DNA of 64,000 nucleotides from a virus. Its lineage: Duplodnaviria > Heunggongvirae > Uroviricota > Caudoviricetes. The first letter of the stretch is position 1; each line of letters begins with the position of its first letter. This document shows, piece after piece, positions 59,009-64,000 of the stretch. The translations under genes and the position numbers were made by a program. The notes under the pieces are model-generated. The model was given only the letters and a program-made list of their open reading frames with translations. It did no database searches and was not told the DNA's origin. The stretch covers positions 124,076-188,075 of the IMG/VR virus record IMGVR_UViG_3300024259_001450. One strand, given 5' to 3'.

Positions 59009-59386
59009 ATGGAACAAGAAAAACGCAAAAAAGTTGAGACGACAGAAGATATGCATGGAGTTTTTGATAACTATGCATTGCATTATCTTCGCACTTCATT
59101 AGATTCAATCGCAAGAAATCAACACATGAACAAATTGGGTGGCGTACAACCTTCCGCAGCAAAAGTTGGTGACAGTCTATCATCCTATATTGATCATTGT
59201 CATGCCAACGTAGACGCATGGGAGGGCAAGGTGTCTACTTCTGGTGATGTGTTAAGCGAAATGTCACGACAAGCCGTATTGCTAGAATTGAAAGATGAAG
59301 AAGATAAAGCTGTTGTCGTAGATTTTATCAATTTTGTAGGAATGTGTTGTGGCGTTGATTTTGGGTTATATACGAAGGATATCTAA
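59009..59386 (+). CDS. Hypothetical protein
   Basis: Start moved downstream of the tRNA-like gene (MEQEKRKK…). Confidence 0.35.
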   Translation: MEQEKRKKVETTEDMHGVFDNYALHYLRTSLDSIARNQHMNKLGGVQPSAAKVGDSLSSYIDHCHANVDAWEGKVSTSGDVLSEMSRQAVLLELKDEEDKAVVVDFINFVGMCCGVDFGLYTKDI

Positions 59387-59388
59387 AA

Positions 59389-59850
59389 ATGGACAAGTTG
59401 AAGATACAACGAGCTACTGTTGATGACCATCTAGCCATCCAACGTTTAGCCAAAAAAGCATTTCGTGGTTTCTTTTTAGAATTAGAAGATAAAAAATGGA
59501 TTTTAAATCAAATTAAAAATCATTTTTACTACATCATTAAGAACAATAACCGGCTGATTGGGATGATGTGCCTGGAAGATGATGGCACGGGTGTTATAAA
59601 CATAGAAACACTCGCCATTAGTAAATCTTATCAAAAAAAGGGATTAGGAAAATTATTAATCTCTAAAGCGATTTCAGTAGTAAAAAAGATGAATAGTCTT
59701 AGAACGAAAACCCCCCGGATAGAAATCATAACTGTTGCTTCAGATGATCGGTATAAAGCAAAAGATTTTTACTTGAAAATGGGGTTTAAAATCACCCATG
59801 AATTTGTTTTGAGTAAGAAATTGTATAGATATTTTGAAATGAAAATTTGA
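59389..59850 (+). CDS. GNAT-family N-acetyltransferase
   Basis: Acetyl-CoA motif A region (…TLAISKSYQKKGLGKLLISKAI). Confidence 0.65.
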   Translation: MDKLKIQRATVDDHLAIQRLAKKAFRGFFLELEDKKWILNQIKNHFYYIIKNNNRLIGMMCLEDDGTGVINIETLAISKSYQKKGLGKLLISKAISVVKKMNSLRTKTPRIEIITVASDDRYKAKDFYLKMGFKITHEFVLSKKLYRYFEMKI

Positions 59851-59864
59851 AAGAGGATATTTAA

Positions 59865-60188
59865 ATGGCCAAACAATATAAATCAGTTCAAAAAACACTT
59901 TTCTTTCCAATATCAGAAGATGATTTTAGTGACGCAATTGATTGGATGAAGAAACATAAAAACTCAGAATTTCGTAGGAGTTGCCCCGGCAGAGATTGGA
60001 CACAAGGACACGGTGCTTCTTTGCGTGGCGAACGAGAAATGACTGCTCAAGAAATTAAAGAAGAAAAAGCAAAAGCTAAAAAAGCTAAAGAACGAGTACA
60101 AAGACAAATAGAAGTCGCAAAGAAAAAACGTGAAGAACGTTTCAAAAAAGAAGCAACAAAATTAGGTTATAAAATAACCAAGAAATAA
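59865..60188 (+). CDS. Lys-rich hypothetical protein
   Basis: 107-aa ORF with a KAKKAKERVQRQIEVAKKKREE coiled/basic tail. Confidence 0.35.
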   Translation: MAKQYKSVQKTLFFPISEDDFSDAIDWMKKHKNSEFRRSCPGRDWTQGHGASLRGEREMTAQEIKEEKAKAKKAKERVQRQIEVAKKKREERFKKEATKLGYKITKK

Positions 60189-60199
60189 AGGAGATAAAG

Positions 60200-60493
60200 A
60201 TGAGTATCTTATGGCGTATAGTTATTTTGTTGATCATCATGGTGGTTGTAACTTCTGCTGGTGAATACTTGCATGGGGCGTGGTATCCACTACATGCTCA
60301 AAATGATGCTGCATTAGCACAAGTCAATGGAAGCAATGAAGCAGTGGTTGCTATCGAATCGGTTAGGCATTTATTGACGTATGTAGAAGCCTTGATTGTC
60401 TTTGTAGCAGGAGTTTTATTGATGGCAACCCCTATTGCAAAGGCATGGGCGATGTATAAGCCTAAAGAACAATTGTTGAAAGAACAGTCGTAA
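60200..60493 (+). CDS. Small membrane protein
   Basis: Two hydrophobic helices. Confidence 0.35.
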   Translation: MSILWRIVILLIIMVVVTSAGEYLHGAWYPLHAQNDAALAQVNGSNEAVVAIESVRHLLTYVEALIVFVAGVLLMATPIAKAWAMYKPKEQLLKEQS

Positions 60494-60525
60494 ATCATCG
60501 ATATAATAACGAAAGGAGAAAAACG

Positions 60526-61581
60526 ATGAAGTATTTGCTAGGCGGTATTGGATTTTTGGTATTTTGTGGTATTATGTGGTTTGCAACTTGCTTGAAGCCG
60601 CATGAGGTTCCGATTTTTGAGGAAATTGAAAACTCGGAAACTGTATATGTTATCCCTCTTGAGGGTGATATCGACAAGCAAGTGAAGTTCGATTCAGAAG
60701 CACAGTTAGAAACATTGAAAGTGGCTACTAAAAGAATTCTAGTACCACAAAAATGGGTTTCAACTGGTTATCTTCCTAGAAGTGGTGTGTACAAACGCAC
60801 TGTCAAGGTTATTAAAGTAGATAGAAAACCAGTAACTCGTGAATGGCTAGTAGACGAAGATAGAGGAACTAGGCAACAAGATGAAGGTATTTGGGTAGAA
60901 TCAAAAGACTCTGTAAGTTTTTCGACAGGCATTACCATTTCTGGCATGGTCGAAGAGCAAAATACCTCGAAATTCCTTTATCGTTATCCTGCTGGCAGTT
61001 TGGCAGACGTAATGGATAATGAAATTCGTAGTCATGTTCAGTCTCAGTTTTCTGACTTTTCAGCGGGATTTGATATGAGCGAATTGAGAAATCAAAAAGT
61101 TGAGATTGCTATATCAATTCGTGAAAAAGTTATTCCTATTTTTGAAGAACGAGGAATTACAATTACCACAATTGGTCTTACTGGCGGATTCGAATATAAG
61201 AATGGTGATATTCAGAAAGCCATTGATGGAGTATTCGTGGCTCAACGCGAGAAAGACGTTAATGCTGCGTTATTAGAGGCTCAAAATGATAAGAATGAAA
61301 AGATTATCATGGAAGCAGATGCAAAGGCTGAAGCCTTTAAGAAAGAAGCCAATGGAGAAGCGGCGGCTCTTTTGTTGGTTGCAAATGCAGAAGTGGAAGC
61401 CAATACGATGCGTTTGGAATTGGCCAAAACTCCAGAGTATTTGATGATGCAACAGATCGAAATCAACAAAATCCAAGCAGAGAATTGGGATGGCGTATTG
61501 CCAGTTTACTTTATGGGTGGAATGGAAAAATTGCCTATGATGATGATGAAGCTGGATGTTCCTAAAACTTTGTCTAACTAA
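60526..61581 (+). CDS. SPFH/band-7 (prohibitin/flotillin-like) membrane protein
   Basis: N-terminal TM segment. SPFH-like core. Ala/Glu-rich coiled-coil tail (…EAQNDKNEKIIMEADAKAEAFKKEANGEAAALLLVANAEVEAN…). Confidence 0.55.
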   Translation: MKYLLGGIGFLVFCGIMWFATCLKPHEVPIFEEIENSETVYVIPLEGDIDKQVKFDSEAQLETLKVATKRILVPQKWVSTGYLPRSGVYKRTVKVIKVDRKPVTREWLVDEDRGTRQQDEGIWVESKDSVSFSTGITISGMVEEQNTSKFLYRYPAGSLADVMDNEIRSHVQSQFSDFSAGFDMSELRNQKVEIAISIREKVIPIFEERGITITTIGLTGGFEYKNGDIQKAIDGVFVAQREKDVNAALLEAQNDKNEKIIMEADAKAEAFKKEANGEAAALLLVANAEVEANTMRLELAKTPEYLMMQQIEINKIQAENWDGVLPVYFMGGMEKLPMMMMKLDVPKTLSN

Positions 61582-61595
61582 TGGAGAAAATAAAT

Positions 61596-61630
61596 GGGGG
61601 AGAGATTTTCTCTCCCCCATTTATTTTTGT
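61596..61630 (+). terminator. Rho-independent terminator
   Basis: Perfect 10-bp stem GGGGGAGAGA-ttt-TCTCTCCCCC followed by ATTTATTTTTGTTTG. Confidence 0.65.
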
Positions 61631-61789
61631 TTGCAATGTATAGAGACAACATAGTAGAGAAGTATAGACTTATATATACAAATCTAAACAAAAACAACAA
61701 GCGTTTTCAGTCGAAAGAACCTTGGATGCGCCGATTAATTAGAGAGGAAGCCATTATACATATGATCCGTTATTATGGAGGAAAATAGC

Positions 61790-62206
61790 ATGGCTAATCG
61801 AGCAACTTGCTTGGACTGTGTAAGAAAACATTTAGGACAAGCATATGTCCTTTTAAGTGAATACGCTGACGATACAGAAGCCTTTGAAGAATATTTCTAC
61901 TATGCCATGGGCCATTTGGCAGAGGCTTGTGACGAATGCAAAAACGCATATCCCTTTGTAGGGCAAGTGCTTAGGGCACATCGACGCAAAATGATGGAAG
62001 ATGATGATTATTGGATTGATTTCAAACCGTTGATTCGATGGATAAATCGTTTGGCATTTTTGGAGAACGATATTGAGTTCCCAGATGGCGAATTAGAACA
62101 ATACATTGAAGAGTCTATAGAGCCTGTAAAGGATTTACTTGGAATTGAAGAAGAAAAACCGACGAAAACAAAAAAGAGCAGCAAGCAAAAAAATGAATTA
62201 CCATGA
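61790..62206 (+). CDS. Hypothetical protein
   Basis: GGAGG RBS 10 nt upstream of ATG at 61790. Confidence 0.35.
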   Translation: MANRATCLDCVRKHLGQAYVLLSEYADDTEAFEEYFYYAMGHLAEACDECKNAYPFVGQVLRAHRRKMMEDDDYWIDFKPLIRWINRLAFLENDIEFPDGELEQYIEESIEPVKDLLGIEEEKPTKTKKSSKQKNELP

Positions 62207-62207
62207 C

Positions 62208-62219
62208 CTATAATGTAGT
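62208..62219 (+). promoter_or_regulatory. Conserved promoter-like motif CTATAATGTAGT
   Basis: Identical 12-mer 17 nt upstream of ATG at 62236. Confidence 0.35.
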
Positions 62220-62235
62220 AACAGAAGGAGATATT

Positions 62236-62439
62236 ATGAATTGGGAATTACTTAGTGAGAAGCAAGGTCGTATCGAAGGACAGATTATTATTTTTTGTGC
62301 AAAAGAAGATAGAAAGACCGATTGGATTGTCAATCGTGTTAAGATGTACGAAGACGATGGGTATAAAGTTCTTGTAAAGAACGCATTTTCAAAGAAGTCT
62401 CCTCATTACACTTCTGATAGAAAGACTGAGAAAAACTAA
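62236..62439 (+). CDS. Small hypothetical protein, MNW-tagged
   Basis: Starts ATGAATTGGGAA (MNWELL). Preceded by CTATAATGTAGT and a GGAG RBS. Confidence 0.35.
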   Translation: MNWELLSEKQGRIEGQIIIFCAKEDRKTDWIVNRVKMYEDDGYKVLVKNAFSKKSPHYTSDRKTEKN

Positions 62440-62440
62440 A

Positions 62441-62704
62441 ATGAGTAAGGAAGCGAAAAAGAAAAAGATTCGCTTTCTTTTTAATGACGCGAATCTATCA
62501 GCGGCAAAAGTTATGCAAGATTTAGCAACTATGGCGAATGAAATCCCAGTGATTATTAGCAATTCGCCATCGTCAATTCCGATCATGTGGTTAAATGACG
62601 AGTGCTATACTGGTGTGATCGCTATTAGGAAAATTGTGGAAGAACTTAAATCCCAGGAGATAACAAAACATGGACAGACTCACATCGAAGGGGTCCAAAA
62701 GTGA
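62441..62704 (+). CDS. Hypothetical protein
   Basis: 87-aa ORF. Confidence 0.35.
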   Translation: MSKEAKKKKIRFLFNDANLSAAKVMQDLATMANEIPVIISNSPSSIPIMWLNDECYTGVIAIRKIVEELKSQEITKHGQTHIEGVQK

Positions 62705-63269
62705 CTATGAGTTGATTCGAGACGAGGCCGAGAAACCATACAAGCAAAGATGCAAAATGATTCAAACAAAAAACGGATTTGTAAGACCAAAGAAATACCA
62801 TATGTCTTGGGCGAAAGCCAATCAATTACGTCAAGTTTATGATCAATGTAGTATCTTTGTAAATCCGTACAGAAAAGGTGGTGTATATTACGGCCTCATA
62901 CAATCGCTTATATCTTTGGGCATTAACCAAAAACACCCATTTGTTAATGTAAAAAAACAGATGGAAATAGAAATGTCAAAGTTTCCATGTAAGAATAAAA
63001 GCAATGCATGGAAAAACTTTGAAAATAAACTCGCTGATAATAATCTAGTGGCCAGAGACGTTAATGGTCGTATTATGGAAACGGCAAGAATGTGCCAGAG
63101 AATTCGTGGTTTCAATCCGTATGGAGAGAAACTAAGACAAATGAAAACTTCCATAAATGTATACGTAGACAAAAATGGTCTACCTATGTATGAATTGTAT
63201 ACAAGATGGAAATCTTATGATGAAGTAGAACCCTTTAATGGGCTAAAAAAGAGAGGAAGAAAGAAATGA
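62670..63269 (+). CDS. Hypothetical protein
   Basis: 199-aa ORF. Confidence 0.35.
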   Translation: MDRLTSKGSKSDYELIRDEAEKPYKQRCKMIQTKNGFVRPKKYHMSWAKANQLRQVYDQCSIFVNPYRKGGVYYGLIQSLISLGINQKHPFVNVKKQMEIEMSKFPCKNKSNAWKNFENKLADNNLVARDVNGRIMETARMCQRIRGFNPYGEKLRQMKTSINVYVDKNGLPMYELYTRWKSYDEVEPFNGLKKRGRKK

Positions 63270-63631
63270 GTTTAGGAATATGGATGTTAATTATTTTGGG
63301 CGGTTATTACATTGGGGCATTTATTACCATAATGCTTGTGTCAAGCGAATTATTTGACAAAATCGATAAATGGATGTGGACTCATATACCTCCTGATCAG
63401 ACCTGTAGTAACGATTATGGTGAAGAAGACCAAAGAAAAGATTTATGGATTGCGATAGGTCTTTGGTGGGTTTTCTTGCCCATATTCGCTTTGTTTATTG
63501 CTTTGGCATCAATTATAGCCTTTGTAAAATTGCTGCATATTAAAAAAGTTCTAAAATTCATTGGAAATGCATTCCTTTGTTTATGGATATGGCCTCTAAA
63601 GAAAATCGGTATTTTAGATAAAAATTTATAG
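63266..63631 (+). CDS. Membrane protein
   Basis: Three hydrophobic helices. Confidence 0.35.
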   Translation: MSLGIWMLIILGGYYIGAFITIMLVSSELFDKIDKWMWTHIPPDQTCSNDYGEEDQRKDLWIAIGLWWVFLPIFALFIALASIIAFVKLLHIKKVLKFIGNAFLCLWIWPLKKIGILDKNL

Positions 63632-63659
63632 TTTTTTATTATCCCGAAATTAGTCTGTG

Positions 63660-63671
63660 TTATAATGTAGT
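63660..63671 (+). promoter_or_regulatory. Conserved promoter-like motif TTATAATGTAGT
   Basis: 11 of 12 identical, 4 nt upstream of ATG at 63675. Confidence 0.3.
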
Positions 63672-63674
63672 ACC

Positions 63675-64000
63675 ATGACTGAGACACTACAAATACATCG
63701 ACTGTCCGAATTATCTGGAAATGATCCTAAGAGAATGCCTACTGGTTTCAAGGATTTAGACATCGCTTATGGCATCAATCGCGTTTGCGACGAACAAGGT
63801 AACGAAATACTATGGGAAGTTGGTATGCCTAGAGGTCGTGTGACCATCTTGGCTGGTGCTGGCGGTGTTGGGAAAAGCCGTCTTTGTATGCAAATCGGTA
63901 TGCAAATGGCTAAAGGCGACCAATACCGTTCTCCTTTGACTGTTCTGTATATTCTTAATGAAGATGACCCTAACAGTCTTGCAACATGGGTTAAAGAGCA
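63675..64000 (+). CDS. RecA-fold P-loop ATPase (DnaB/RepA/AAA_25-like), 5' partial
   Basis: Walker A GRVTILAGAGGVGKS. ORF runs off the window end. Confidence 0.4.
   Translation, partial: MTETLQIHRLSELSGNDPKRMPTGFKDLDIAYGINRVCDEQGNEILWEVGMPRGRVTILAGAGGVGKSRLCMQIGMQMAKGDQYRSPLTVLYILNEDDPNSLATWVKE

Noticed and set aside
61273-61788. ORFs 61273..61620 (-) and 61594..61788 (+), both starting MGER.SLPHLF
   Set aside because: Both are created by reading the perfect terminator palindrome (GGGGGAGAGA…TCTCTCCCCC) in opposite directions. They are mirror artefacts, not genes.
1-64000. Alternative genetic code (TAG or TGA reassignment), as in some large phages
   Set aside because: Long ORFs of up to 3.4 kb are uninterrupted in the standard code. 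Gene boundaries show normal stop/start coupling (TGATG, ATGA, TAATG).

Overview
This window is a gene-dense, AT-rich (about 36% GC) stretch of a large double-stranded DNA bacteriophage genome. Roughly 90 ORFs are tightly packed or translationally coupled (ATGA/TGATG overlaps) and read uninterrupted in the standard genetic code. I cannot assign the phage to a group or name its host from sequence alone. A Tat-type signal peptide on one ORF and a host-like DnaJ/ClpP set suggest a bacterial, probably Gram-negative, host.

Recognisable content:
- Replication and repair: DnaN-like sliding clamp, a possible clamp-loader delta subunit, NAD-dependent DNA ligase, RuvC-like resolvase, Dam methyltransferase.
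- Proteostasis and transcription: ClpP-family protease, DnaJ, a sigma-70-family sigma factor.
- Nucleotide metabolism: ThyA-fold enzyme, two dCMP-deaminase-like proteins, HD and HAD nucleotidases, a P-loop kinase, GMP reductase, a phosphoribosyltransferase.
- A dispersed RNA-maintenance tool-kit: Ro60/Rsr, CCA-adding enzyme, polynucleotide kinase-phosphatase, an Rnl2-like ligase motif protein, a Thg1-like protein, one tRNA-like gene.
- A large beta-helix tail fibre or tailspike, and many hypothetical proteins.

The five most notable observations:
1. The largest non-coding gap (9.85-10.7 kb), immediately upstream of the Ro60 (rsr) gene, holds at least four paralogous structured-RNA-like units with complementary termini. 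These are candidate Y-RNA-like ncRNAs.
2. The guaC gene is fractured. Its N-extein plus N-intein, a free-standing HNH endonuclease ORF, and its C-intein plus C-extein form a naturally split intein closely resembling the metagenomic IMPDH-1 split intein.
3. A full LAGLIDADG-type intein sits inside the Dam methylase, exactly at the YC|DPPY motif.
4. At least seven unrelated proteins begin with a conserved N-terminal MNW(Y/F)K tag (ATGAAYTGGTWY), suggesting a targeting or processing signal.
5. A recurring CTATAAT(G)TAGT promoter-like motif sits just upstream of several start codons.
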